Origin: an uncultured Spirochaetota bacterium
GTDB taxonomy: Bacteria > Spirochaetota > Spirochaetia > SZUA-6 > Fen-1364
Direction: 5' to 3'
NCBI GenBank assembly: GCA_963845535.1
Contig: CAWJSK010000015.1
Coordinates: 96,001 to 160,000 of the forward strand
Length of the DNA: 64,000 nucleotides
Of this stretch, positions 19,257 through 28,744 are shown one piece after another. The position numbers and the translations under genes were made by a program. The notes under the pieces were generated by a model. The model saw only the letters and a list, made by a program, of their open reading frames with translations. It ran no database searches and was not told the origin of the DNA. The number at the start of each line of letters is the position of its first letter. The stretch's first letter is position 1.

Positions 19257-20975
19257 GTGCTGAGGCGCCGCCAGAGGCGGACAGGGGACGTCGTACAGGG
19301 ACCCGAAGCCCAGTCTCCCGCGGAGACGCGCTACAGGAACATTTTCCAGCATTCCGCGGTTTCTCTATGGGAAGAGGACATTGGCGGAATTCGCGCGGCC
19401 CTCAAGGGGCTGAAAGCCCGGGGCGTCATCGACCTGCGCGCCTGGCTTGATTCCCACCCCGATTTCCTGGATGAAGCCGCGCGTTTGATTCGGGTGGTGG
19501 ACGTAAACGAGGCCACCCTTGCCCTGTACGAGGTGGCCCGGGCGGAATCCCTCAGAGGCCCACTGGAAACGCGGCTGGACCTGCGTGACCCGACGGCTCG
19601 GGCGAGCATGCGCGACAACGTGCTTGCCGTCTGGGAGGACACAAGGTACTGCGCGGCCGAGTCGAATGCCGTGACCACCACCGGCAGGCGGATCGACATC
19701 GCCATCAGGATGTACATCCCGCCAGAGGATGATCCCTACCCTTATATGCTCGTCAGCGTCTTGGACATCACCGCGCGGGTCCAGGCAGAGGCGGCGCTTC
19801 GCCACAGCGAGGAGGAGCTCGCACAGGCCCGCAAGATGGAGGCCGTGGGGAGGCTGGCGGGGGGTGTGGCACACGATTTCAACAACCTCATCACGGTGAT
19901 ACGCGGATACGCGGAGCTCGTAGAGGAAAGCCTCCCGGAGGGAGGTCCCGCCCGGGCGGACATGAGGGAGGTCAAGAGGGCCGCGGACAGGGCGGCCGAC
20001 TTGACGGCCCAGCTCCTTGCGTTCAGCCGCAAGCAGATCCTTCAACCCAGGGTGGTCAGCCTCAACGAAATCGTCCGACGCATGGAGAAAATGCTTCCTC
20101 GCATGATCGGTGAGGACGTCGAGCTCGCGATGCACCTGCAGCCTGACGCGGGAAACGTCAGGGCGGACCAGGGACAGTTGGAGCAGGTGATCATGAACCT
20201 CGCCGCCAACGCGCGTGACGCGATGCCGCGCGGAGGAACGCTGTCCCTTCAGACCGCGAACCTTCGCGCGGATGACGGCCTGCTCGCCGTTCACCCCGAG
20301 ATGGCCCCGGGGGAATACGTCGTGCTCACCGTTACGGATACCGGCACCGGGATGGATTCCCAGATCATCGCCCGGATTTTCGAGCCCTTTTTCACCACCA
20401 AGGAGCTGGGCAAGGGGACAGGCCTGGGGCTCGCCACGGTCTATGGGATCATCAAGCAGAGCGGGGGCTATATCTACTGCTCCAGCGAGCTCGGAAAAGG
20501 GACGAGCTTCCAAGTCTATCTCCCGAAGGTCCTCGAGGCGAGCGCCGCGGATCCGAACGCCCCTTCCCGGGGATCCGCCTATCACGGCGGAGAGACAATC
20601 CTCCTCGTGGAGGACGAGGAAGCGCTTCGCCGCTACTGTCGCGCCATCCTCGAAAGGAACGGGTACAGCGTTCTGGAAGCCTCAAGCGGGGACGAGGCGC
20701 TCGAGGTTGTTGGCTCCCAGAGCGCTGCCGTTCACTTGCTCCTGACGGACGTCGTGATGCCGCGCATGAGCGGCCCTGAGCTGGGGCGAAGGCTGCGCTC
20801 CTTGCAACCCGACGTCAGAATCCTCTATATGACCGGATATTCAGAGGATCTGGCCTCCCGCCATGGCTCTCTGGGGGCTGATGCAGACCTCATCGAAAAA
20901 CCGTTTGACTCGGCCAGCCTTTTGGCGAGGGTCCGCAAAACACTTTCCCCGGGCGCTCGAAATCCTGAAACCTGA
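19257..20975 (+). CDS. Hybrid PAS histidine kinase with receiver domain (CckA-like)
   Basis: [34 protein letters not shown]; receiver LLVEDE...TDVVMP; start uncertain. Confidence 0.92.
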   Translation: MLRRRQRRTGDVVQGPEAQSPAETRYRNIFQHSAVSLWEEDIGGIRAALKGLKARGVIDLRAWLDSHPDFLDEAARLIRVVDVNEATLALYEVARAESLRGPLETRLDLRDPTARASMRDNVLAVWEDTRYCAAESNAVTTTGRRIDIAIRMYIPPEDDPYPYMLVSVLDITARVQAEAALRHSEEELAQARKMEAVGRLAGGVAHDFNNLITVIRGYAELVEESLPEGGPARADMREVKRAADRAADLTAQLLAFSRKQILQPRVVSLNEIVRRMEKMLPRMIGEDVELAMHLQPDAGNVRADQGQLEQVIMNLAANARDAMPRGGTLSLQTANLRADDGLLAVHPEMAPGEYVVLTVTDTGTGMDSQIIARIFEPFFTTKELGKGTGLGLATVYGIIKQSGGYIYCSSELGKGTSFQVYLPKVLEASAADPNAPSRGSAYHGGETILLVEDEEALRRYCRAILERNGYSVLEASSGDEALEVVGSQSAAVHLLLTDVVMPRMSGPELGRRLRSLQPDVRILYMTGYSEDLASRHGSLGADADLIEKPFDSASLLARVRKTLSPGARNPET

Positions 20976-20991
20976 TACGTATCGGAATCCC

Positions 20992-21021
20992 TTGACATGA
21001 TTTTGCGATTTTCATTAACCT
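20992..21021 (+). promoter_or_regulatory. Sigma70-like promoter for the sugar ABC operon
   Basis: TTGACA at 20992, then TAACCT after 18 nt. Confidence 0.45.
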
Positions 21022-21299
21022 GTTCGCGTGTGGGGTGATGCTGTCACCTATCAGTCATCTCATGCGCGTCTCGGACAGCTGACAATCACATCACTGTATC
21101 TTCCTCTAATCGGCAGACGCAGCCCCGCGGTCTGTCCTTTGGCACCGTCTCTGCGCCGCGGCCCGGAAAGGAGGTGGTGAGGCACGGCACCGCCGCGCGG
21201 GGCCTTTGCGTGTCTCTTGGAAATCGCGTTTCGCGCGATACGGCCTGGGCTATCGCATCTGTCATGATGCAAGAGTCTTTGCGAGAAGGAGTGGAACGT

Positions 21300-22628
21300 A
21301 TGAGAAGAATCCATGGTGTCATATGCATTTTCGTTGCAGCCTTGCTGGTGACCGGCGCTGCGGCGGCGTTTGCCGGGGGCAAAGCGGAAGGAGGGGGGGC
21401 GAAGGGAAGCCTCTCGTTCTGGGCCATGCCCTTTGTCACCCAGGAAGTCTCTCCCGATTACGTGAAGCAATGGATGGCGAACGTCAAGACCGTCCTTCCT
21501 GATTACAACGTCGACAATTTCTTCGGGCCCGGGGACTATGGACCGCAGAGAGACAAGTACCTGGTGCAGGCGCAAAGCGGCTCACCGGACGTGATTGAAG
21601 GTCTCCTCGAGGACACCGCCGTGTACGTCCAGAAGGGCGACATCGAGCCGCTGGATTCCTATTTCACTAGCTGGGCGGACAAGAGCCAGTTCGTTCCAGC
21701 GACGCTTGCCCCGCTCACGATCAACGGCAAGCTGTACGGCATTCCCTATAACACGAATGCGCGGGGATTGATTTATCGCAAGGATGTCCTGGACCAGTAC
21801 AACCTGTCGGTCCCCAAGACGTGGTCCGACCTGATCACCACCGCGCAGGCGATAACCAAGGCCTCCAACAAGCAGATGTGGGGTTTGTTCCTCTGCACGA
21901 AGGTGGGTGATCCGCGGGCTCCGCAGGAGTTCATCTCCTGGTGGTTCCAGGTCGGGGAAGGGAAGCCGATGTTCACCGTGTCGGGAAGCCAGAAGACGTA
22001 CAACCCGACCGTCGACCAGCTTGAGAAAATCCTGACGCTCTATGGACAGGCCTTCACGGGGGACAACCCCGCGGCGAACCCGGACGAGCGTGGCAACGGA
22101 TGGCCCAGCGAAGACCCGGGCTACGCCTCCGGCAAGTGGGCCATGGCGCCCGAGGGACCGTGGCTCTGGGGCAGGCGCAAGGATGATCCGACGGCGCAGA
22201 AGATACTCGACTCCTCCGTCGTGACCGCCCTCCCCGTCCCTGATGGCGGCGTTGCCGGCACGTATCTCGAAGTGAAGCCCATCATGATGAACCACTATTC
22301 CAAGGACAAGGCGGGAGCCTGGAAGCTGATCCAGTTCATCACCTCGAAGGAGAACATGGGGAACTGGATGGCGAGCTCGGGAGGAATCCCAGCCCGCACG
22401 GATTCCCTGGACCTGCCTGTCTTCCAGGGCCCCCTGGGGAACTGGATCAAGATGTTCGCGGCCCTGCTTCCGCAGGCCCACGCGCAGGAACCCATCAATT
22501 GGGGCCCTGTCAGTGACGCCAACATGCGAGCGGTCAACTTTGTCATCTACGCCCAGAAGTCCCCGCATGACGCGGCGCAGTGGCTCCATGACACTGTTCA
22601 GGCGCTCGTGACGAACGGACAGATCTAG
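21300..22628 (+). CDS. Carbohydrate ABC transporter substrate-binding protein (CUT1)
   Basis: Signal peptide ending AFAGGKAE; GKLYGIPY; LIYRKD; PKTWSDL. Confidence 0.92.
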   Translation: MRRIHGVICIFVAALLVTGAAAAFAGGKAEGGGAKGSLSFWAMPFVTQEVSPDYVKQWMANVKTVLPDYNVDNFFGPGDYGPQRDKYLVQAQSGSPDVIEGLLEDTAVYVQKGDIEPLDSYFTSWADKSQFVPATLAPLTINGKLYGIPYNTNARGLIYRKDVLDQYNLSVPKTWSDLITTAQAITKASNKQMWGLFLCTKVGDPRAPQEFISWWFQVGEGKPMFTVSGSQKTYNPTVDQLEKILTLYGQAFTGDNPAANPDERGNGWPSEDPGYASGKWAMAPEGPWLWGRRKDDPTAQKILDSSVVTALPVPDGGVAGTYLEVKPIMMNHYSKDKAGAWKLIQFITSKENMGNWMASSGGIPARTDSLDLPVFQGPLGNWIKMFAALLPQAHAQEPINWGPVSDANMRAVNFVIYAQKSPHDAAQWLHDTVQALVTNGQI

Positions 22629-22636
22629 TTTTTTCA

Positions 22637-22684
22637 GGCGCGGTGGGGAGGAGATTCCCCATCGCGCCACCTTCCTCTTTTTTG
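22637..22684 (+). terminator. Intra-operon hairpin after the binding-protein gene
   Basis: ggcgcggtggggag-gaga-ttccccatcgcgcc followed by a pyrimidine/T run. Confidence 0.55.
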
Positions 22685-22703
22685 CTGCGCGCAGGAGATA
22701 GAC

Positions 22704-23579
22704 GTGAGACCACGGATCATCCAGGAGAACAGCGGCCTCGCCCTTCTCCTGCCGACCCTCCTCATCATGGCCCTTTTCTCGATCTTCCCCCTGGTGGAGG
22801 GGATCCGCCTCTCTTTCACTGACGCCAACCTCCTCAACAAGGGGGCGCGGGGCATCGGGCTGGCGAACTTCGCGAAGCTTTTCGCTGACCCGGTCTTCTG
22901 GTCTTCCCTGTGGCACTCGCTGATCCTCACGGCGGCGGCGGTCATCCTGCAACTGGTGCTGGGGATGATCCTTGCCCTCGCGTTGAAACAGGAGCTGCCG
23001 GGGATCCGCTTTTTTCGAAGCGTCATCATGGCAAGCTGGGTCATCCCGGTGGCCGCCACCGCGGTGATGTTCACGTTCATGGTGGAACCGGGGTACGGAT
23101 ACGTGAACATCGTGCTTCGGCTGCTCGGCATCAAGGCCAATTCGTTCTGGTTCGGAGACCTCCATGCCGCGCTTCCCGCCATGGTGCTGCTCCACCTCTG
23201 GCGCAATGTCCCCTTCTACGCCATCGCGTTCCTCGCGGCCATGCAGGCCATCCCGCACAGCCTGTACGAGGCCGCGGAGATCGACGGCGCCGGGCCCGTG
23301 CACAGCTTCTTCGGCATTACGGTCCCCGGTTGCCGCAACATGATCATCGTGATGGTGACCATCCATGTGCTGTGGACTTTCAACAACTTCGACATGGTCT
23401 ATCTGACCACCGGCGGCGGTCCGGTATATGCCACGGAGGTGCTCCCCGTGTATCTCTACCAGCAATCCTGGATCAGCTATACGATCGGGTATGCCTCGAG
23501 CATCGGAACGGTGATGTTCGTCCTGCTCATGATCTACTTCATCGTCTATATCCGGATCTATCAGAGACAGCAGGGGTAG
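22704..23579 (+). CDS. Carbohydrate ABC transporter permease
   Basis: EAA motif LYEAAEIDGA; TGGGP. Confidence 0.95.
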   Translation: MRPRIIQENSGLALLLPTLLIMALFSIFPLVEGIRLSFTDANLLNKGARGIGLANFAKLFADPVFWSSLWHSLILTAAAVILQLVLGMILALALKQELPGIRFFRSVIMASWVIPVAATAVMFTFMVEPGYGYVNIVLRLLGIKANSFWFGDLHAALPAMVLLHLWRNVPFYAIAFLAAMQAIPHSLYEAAEIDGAGPVHSFFGITVPGCRNMIIVMVTIHVLWTFNNFDMVYLTTGGGPVYATEVLPVYLYQQSWISYTIGYASSIGTVMFVLLMIYFIVYIRIYQRQQG

Positions 23580-23582
23580 CGT

Positions 23583-24425
23583 ATGGCCACCAAGCGGCAA
23601 AGACGGGTTGTCCGTATCGTAGTGACGTATCTGATATGTCTCCTGGCGCTTTTCTTCTTCATCTCTCCCATGCTCTGGGTGACATACAGCTCGTTCCGTT
23701 CGACGGACGCCATTTTCAGCGGAAAGATCGGGACGCCGGTGGGGCAATTCACTCTTTCGAATTACGCAACGGTGCTGTCCGTCACGGATTTCCCGAAGTA
23801 CTTCTGGAACTCGCTTCGCATCGGCGTGCTCGTGACGGTGCTCTCCATGGCCCTGTCGATCATCGGCGCGTACGGTTTGAGCCGGTATCCCATCCGCGGC
23901 CGCAACGCGTACATCATGGGGGTCTTCTCCACGCAGATGTTCCCCGTGGTCCTGCTCCTGATCCCGATCTACACGGTCCTCTTTGCCCTCCGCCTCTTCA
24001 ACACCATTGCCGGGGTGGTCTTCGGGCAGCTCATGCTCGTGCTGCCTTTTGCCGCGTGGATGCTGAAGGGCTATTTCGACAACCTCCCAAAGGACATCGA
24101 AGACTCCGCGCGCATCGACGGGTGCAATCTTTGGCAGACCCTTGCACGGGTTGTCCTGCCCATGGCCGCGCCCGGAGTCTCGGTGGCGGCCTTCTACGCG
24201 TTTGTCGTCTCCTGGGGGGACTACCTCGTGGTGTCCGTCATATCGCAGAGCCAGACCACGGCAACGGTCACCCTTGCGCTCCAGAGGCTCGGAAGCGCGC
24301 TCATCCTGCGCTGGGGACAGGTGGCCGCGGCCACCGTGCTGACCATCGTGCCGACCATCCTGCTTTTCTCATTCGTGCAGACGCGTCTTGTTGAGGGGCT
24401 GACCTCAGGGGCCGTGAAGGGATAG
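23583..24425 (+). CDS. Carbohydrate ABC transporter permease
   Basis: IEDSARIDG; C-terminal GLTSGAVKG. Confidence 0.95.
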   Translation: MATKRQRRVVRIVVTYLICLLALFFFISPMLWVTYSSFRSTDAIFSGKIGTPVGQFTLSNYATVLSVTDFPKYFWNSLRIGVLVTVLSMALSIIGAYGLSRYPIRGRNAYIMGVFSTQMFPVVLLLIPIYTVLFALRLFNTIAGVVFGQLMLVLPFAAWMLKGYFDNLPKDIEDSARIDGCNLWQTLARVVLPMAAPGVSVAAFYAFVVSWGDYLVVSVISQSQTTATVTLALQRLGSALILRWGQVAAATVLTIVPTILLFSFVQTRLVEGLTSGAVKG

Positions 24426-24437
24426 GGCAGGCAGCTC

Positions 24438-25535
24438 TTAGACGGGGATCTCCGCTTCGGCAGGAATGCTCCGCACGGAGGACCGCTCGATGATCGTTGG
24501 CGTGATCAGAGTGCGGGTGACGAGCTTGATCTCGGGGTGGAATATCTTCTCCAGAAGGATATTGGTCATGATCTCACCCATTGAGAACCCCGGGTGATCC
24601 ACGGAGGAAAGGGAGACGCGTTCTAACTGGGCGACGCTGGAGTTGTCGAAGCCGATGACGGACAGATCTCGCGGGACCTGGACGTTGTACTTTTCCGCGG
24701 CCTGGATGAGGTGCAGGGCATCCTCATCGCTTGAGCAGACAAACGCGGTGGGAAGCTCGGAGGCAGTACGGAAGAAGCGTTCCGCCGCTGCCGGCGCTTC
24801 GCTTGCCGGTCCCTGGCCCCGGAACCTCACCATCCAGTCCGCGCGCACGGAAGTATTCTTCCTCTCCAACAAAGTGTAGACCCCCTCCATCCTCCTGGTT
24901 TTCACCAGGTAGTCATCCTGGAAGAACACGCCGATTTTTCGATGCCCCCTGTCCCAGAGGTGCTGCGCCGCGGCGGCCCCGCCCGCCGGGTCATCGAGAG
25001 CCACGAAGCTGAACCTCCTGTCCAGGAACGTGCTGTCGCACAGGACGATGGCGATGCCTTCAGACTGCATCTCTTCGAGGAGGGTCGCGTTCGAGCGGTC
25101 TTTTCCGTCGTAGATCGGGGCAATGATGATCCCGTCCACTCGTTTCTTTCGAAGAGAAAGCAGGATGCTCCTCTCCTTTTCCAGATCGTACTCGGATTGG
25201 TTGAGGATGAGGTTGAAGCCCCGGGAGTACAGGACGTGGTCGCACCCGCGGATGACCTCGGGGAAAATATAGGAGCTGGCGAAGAAAGCAACAAAAGCGA
25301 TGTTCGTCGTGAGCTGCGTGGAAGGGACGCGCGAACGGCAGAAAGTTCCGACTCCCCGCTCCGTCTGCACCCATCCCTCCTGGGCAAGGTCACGGATTGC
25401 CTGCCGGACGGCGTTTCGGGAGACGCCAAACTGGGCGCAAAGCTGGCTTTCCGAGGGGAGTTTTTCTCCGGGGGCCAACTTGTTTTCGATGATGTTCTTT
25501 CGGATCCATGATCCGACTTGCTCATGTTTCTTCAT
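24438..25535 (-). CDS. AraR-like regulator (GntR HTH plus LacI-type sensor domain)
   Basis: KLPSESQLCAQFGVSRNAVRQA; YIFPEVIRG; VPRDLSVIGFD. Confidence 0.92.
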   Translation of the reverse strand: MKKHEQVGSWIRKNIIENKLAPGEKLPSESQLCAQFGVSRNAVRQAIRDLAQEGWVQTERGVGTFCRSRVPSTQLTTNIAFVAFFASSYIFPEVIRGCDHVLYSRGFNLILNQSEYDLEKERSILLSLRKKRVDGIIIAPIYDGKDRSNATLLEEMQSEGIAIVLCDSTFLDRRFSFVALDDPAGGAAAAQHLWDRGHRKIGVFFQDDYLVKTRRMEGVYTLLERKNTSVRADWMVRFRGQGPASEAPAAAERFFRTASELPTAFVCSSDEDALHLIQAAEKYNVQVPRDLSVIGFDNSSVAQLERVSLSSVDHPGFSMGEIMTNILLEKIFHPEIKLVTRTLITPTIIERSSVRSIPAEAEIPV

Positions 25536-25552
25536 GACAGCCAAAACATGTT

Positions 25553-25687
25553 GGTACAAGTTGTATCCTATTGATTTCTTGCCAGTTATGCAAGAAAAAA
25601 TCGTCGAATTCCCTTTGATTTTTTTGTTGCGCTGGCCTTTTGGCCGTGTTAATCTGCGGCAACAATCAAAAAGGTACAAGCTGTACC
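25553..25687. promoter_or_regulatory. Two palindromic operators GGTACA-N3-TGTA(C/T)C
   Basis: ggtacaagttgtatc at 25553-25567 and ggtacaagctgtacc at 25673-25687, one near each divergent start. Confidence 0.7.
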
Positions 25688-25709
25688 ATCATCCCGAGGA
25701 GGTTTTGTT

Positions 25710-26561
25710 GTGCCCGACTCTTTCGGTCATACCTCGTCCCCTTTGCCTGCCAGCGCAATGATGGCCACTGCGATTTCTGAAGGAAACGCGCAACCTCCGG
25801 CTCTTCTTCTGTCTGGAATCGAGAAGTACTTCGGGGTCGTCTGCGCGCTTCGGAACGTCAACCTCGAGGTGGGGAAGAACGAGATCGTGGGGCTCATTGG
25901 AGACAACGGAGCGGGGAAATCCACGCTTGTCAAAATACTTACCGGCGTTTTCCCTCCAAGCCACGGAGAGCTTTCCATTGCTGGCCGAAAAGTGGACTGG
26001 AGAGCGTACTCGGTGCTCAGCGCGCATGCCCACGGAATAGAGACGGTGTACCAGGACAAGTCACTCGGGGAGAAGCAGGCCCTGTGGCGGAACTTCTTCA
26101 TTGGCCGGGAGATCACGCTTCCTTTCGGGTTCATCAATGTGAAACGGGAAAAGCAGATCGCCCAGGAGATCATGCTGAACACCATCGGGTTTCGGGGGAA
26201 GGGGATCACGGTGGATTCCCGGGCCAACAAGCTCTCCGGCGGAGAGAGGCAGGGCGTGGCCATTGGTCGCGCCATGCATTTCGAGGCGGACCTGATCATC
26301 CTTGATGAGCCCACCGTGGCGCTGTCCCTGAAAGAGGTGCGCAAGGTGCTCAACTTCGTTCACAAGATCAAGGACGCGGGCAAGGCCAGCGTGTATATCT
26401 CCCATGACATCCAGGACGTTTATGAGATATCCGACCGCTTCGTGGTCATGGATCGCGGAGAGATCGTCGCAAGCATCGCCAAGAAGGACATTTCCCTCAA
26501 GGCGTTGGACGAGTTCCTTCTGGAATACGCGCACGGCATGAAGGACAAGGAGCCGAAATGA
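25710..26561 (+). CDS. Monosaccharide ABC transporter ATP-binding protein
   Basis: GDNGAGKST; LSGGERQ; ILDEPT; GAGGAGG RBS. Confidence 0.93.
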   Translation: MPDSFGHTSSPLPASAMMATAISEGNAQPPALLLSGIEKYFGVVCALRNVNLEVGKNEIVGLIGDNGAGKSTLVKILTGVFPPSHGELSIAGRKVDWRAYSVLSAHAHGIETVYQDKSLGEKQALWRNFFIGREITLPFGFINVKREKQIAQEIMLNTIGFRGKGITVDSRANKLSGGERQGVAIGRAMHFEADLIILDEPTVALSLKEVRKVLNFVHKIKDAGKASVYISHDIQDVYEISDRFVVMDRGEIVASIAKKDISLKALDEFLLEYAHGMKDKEPK

Positions 26562-27586
26562 AGCGCCAAGGCTCCTTCCTGTCGACGCTCGGGCGGATCG
26601 AGGGGCTGCCCATTGCCGTGGTCCTTGCCGTGCTCTACCTGGTGTTCATCATCCTCACCCCGCAGGTCTTCCTGGGGTACCGCATCTACATGTCCTTCTT
26701 CCAGACAGTGCCGCCCCAACTCGTGCTCGCCCTCGGCCTCACCCTTGTCATCACGGCGGGGGAGATAGACCTGAGCTTTCCCGCCATTGTTGCGCTGTCG
26801 GGGTTCCTTTTCGCGTGGTCGTTCAAGCATGGGCTGCCTCCCTGGTTCGGGTTCCTGGCCGGGCTGGCCGGGGGCGGGCTGGTGGGCTACATCAACGGCG
26901 TGCTGGTGGCGCGCCTGCGCGTTCCTTCCATCATGGCCACCCTTGCCACGCAGTTCTTCTGGTATGGCGTAGTCATCTTGCTGGCGGGCGGACTCCAGCT
27001 GGACATTGCAGCGGTCATTCCCTCCCTCGAGCACGCCATCTTCACTGGCCGGCTTTTCGGCATTATGCCCACACAGGCGCTCTGGGCGCTTGGGCTCGCC
27101 GCCGTCATGTGGTTCATTCTCAACCGGCACAAGTTCGGGGAAGCCATCATGTTCATTGGGGACAACGCCGAGGTGGCGCGCGTCATGGGGATCAACGTGG
27201 AGTCCACACGGGTTGCGCTTTTCACATTGATGGGCGTCCTGGCCGGCTTTGCAGGGCTCATACTGACCTCTGAGATAAACGTGTTCTACCCCACGCAGGG
27301 CGGGGGCTTCCTGCTTCCCGTCATGGCCGCCGTGTTCATTGGCGGGACCTCCATTGCTGGAGGCAACGGGGTGGTTGTCGGCACGGTCTTCGGCGCCTAC
27401 ATCATCGGCTCGCTGGAAGCGGGCGTTGTGGCAACCGGGGTTGGAGGCTACTGGGTGCAGTTGGTGGAAGGGCTCGTCATGGCCGCATCCGTCATTCTCA
27501 ACATCGTGATCAGTGAAGGCGGGATCTCGGTCCTTTCGCGCGCCGCGCGCAAGTGGACGGTCCCGGACCGCTCAGGCTCACGTTGA
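26558..27586 (+). CDS. Monosaccharide ABC transporter permease (RbsC-like)
   Basis: GEIDLS; AAVFIGGTS; multiple TM helices. Confidence 0.93.
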   Translation: MKRQGSFLSTLGRIEGLPIAVVLAVLYLVFIILTPQVFLGYRIYMSFFQTVPPQLVLALGLTLVITAGEIDLSFPAIVALSGFLFAWSFKHGLPPWFGFLAGLAGGGLVGYINGVLVARLRVPSIMATLATQFFWYGVVILLAGGLQLDIAAVIPSLEHAIFTGRLFGIMPTQALWALGLAAVMWFILNRHKFGEAIMFIGDNAEVARVMGINVESTRVALFTLMGVLAGFAGLILTSEINVFYPTQGGGFLLPVMAAVFIGGTSIAGGNGVVVGTVFGAYIIGSLEAGVVATGVGGYWVQLVEGLVMAASVILNIVISEGGISVLSRAARKWTVPDRSGSR

Positions 27587-27642
27587 CAAACCGCGCCGTC
27601 GGCGCGGAAAAAGTTTCTCTGGGAAACAGGAGGAAATCTTCG

Positions 27643-28641
27643 ATGAGTATTTCCGTAAGAAGGACGTTGACCGTCCTGGTCGTCCTGGGCATGGTGCTGG
27701 CCTCCGTGGCCTGGGCAGGCGGGACAAAGGAAGCCGGCGGCAAGCAGATCGTCGTCTATATGCAGATGGGCGGAACAGCCGGTGACGCCTCGACGCTGGC
27801 GCGCACCAACGGCGCCCGGGCGGCTGCCGCCGTCAACGGCGTGAAGCTGATCGAACAGTACTCCAAGTGGGATCCGCAGACCATGATCGACCAGTTCAAG
27901 CAGGCCATGGCGGCGAAGCCTGACGGGATTGTCATCATGGGCCATCCGGGAGAAGCGGCATTCGCGGCGCTGGTGGACCAGGCGGAAGCGCAGGGGATCA
28001 TCGTGACCAGCGGCAACAACCCGCTCCCCAACATCGAAGCCAAGTACCAGGACAAGGGCTTCGGCTACGCGGGCGCTGACCTGTACGACGGCGGTTTCCT
28101 CACGGGCGAAGCGATGGTGAAGGCCGGGCTGAAGGCCGGGGACGAAGCCCTGGTATACGACATCTGGCACCAGGAAGGACGCAGCCGCAGCTCGCAGGGC
28201 GTGTATGACGCCCTGGTCAAGGCCGGCCTGAAGGTCGACAAGCTGGACGTTTCCACCGAGGTGGACAGCGACACCTCCCTTGCCATCCCCATCCTGACCG
28301 CCTACCTCCAGGCACACCCCAACCTGAGGGCCATTGGCACGCAGCACGGCAACATTACAGCCAACCTTCCCAAGGTGCTCCAGGCCGCGGGCAAGAAGCC
28401 CGGTGACGTGATCTGCGGCGGCATTGACCTTTCCCCCGCCACGATCGCGGGAATTGAGCAGGGCTGGATGAGCGCGAGCTTCGACCAGGTCCTGTACCTC
28501 CAGGGGTACATTCCCGTCATGCAGGTCCTTATGACCAAGCTCTACAAGATCCCTGGCCTGCACGTGAACACGGGCGTCGGAACCGTGACCCCGCAGAACA
28601 TCAAGGATATCAAGCCCCTGATCGAGAAGGGCGTCCGCTAA
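27643..28641 (+). CDS. Monosaccharide ABC transporter substrate-binding protein
   Basis: Signal peptide ending WAGGTKE; KPDGIVI; DQVLYLQGY. Confidence 0.9.
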   Translation: MSISVRRTLTVLVVLGMVLASVAWAGGTKEAGGKQIVVYMQMGGTAGDASTLARTNGARAAAAVNGVKLIEQYSKWDPQTMIDQFKQAMAAKPDGIVIMGHPGEAAFAALVDQAEAQGIIVTSGNNPLPNIEAKYQDKGFGYAGADLYDGGFLTGEAMVKAGLKAGDEALVYDIWHQEGRSRSSQGVYDALVKAGLKVDKLDVSTEVDSDTSLAIPILTAYLQAHPNLRAIGTQHGNITANLPKVLQAAGKKPGDVICGGIDLSPATIAGIEQGWMSASFDQVLYLQGYIPVMQVLMTKLYKIPGLHVNTGVGTVTPQNIKDIKPLIEKGVR

Positions 28642-28660
28642 GAGCGTTTGTGCTGGATTC

Positions 28661-28739
28661 GCGCCTCCCGTCCATGGACGGGAGGCGCTTCCGACATCCA
28701 TGTCTCCGCGCCCCTTGTCCATCCATGGACAGGAGGCGC
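28661..28739. repeat. Two related inverted repeats (bidirectional terminator or REP-like)
   Basis: Perfect 28-bp palindrome gcgcctcccgtccatggacgggaggcgc at 28661-28688 and a degenerate copy at 28708-28739, between convergent genes. Confidence 0.7.
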
Positions 28740-28744
28740 TTTCT

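Noticed and set aside
21582..23747. Long antisense ORFs (for example 721 aa here and 550 aa at 30416-32068)
   Set aside because: These are shadows of high-GC coding genes on the opposite strand and carry no motifs
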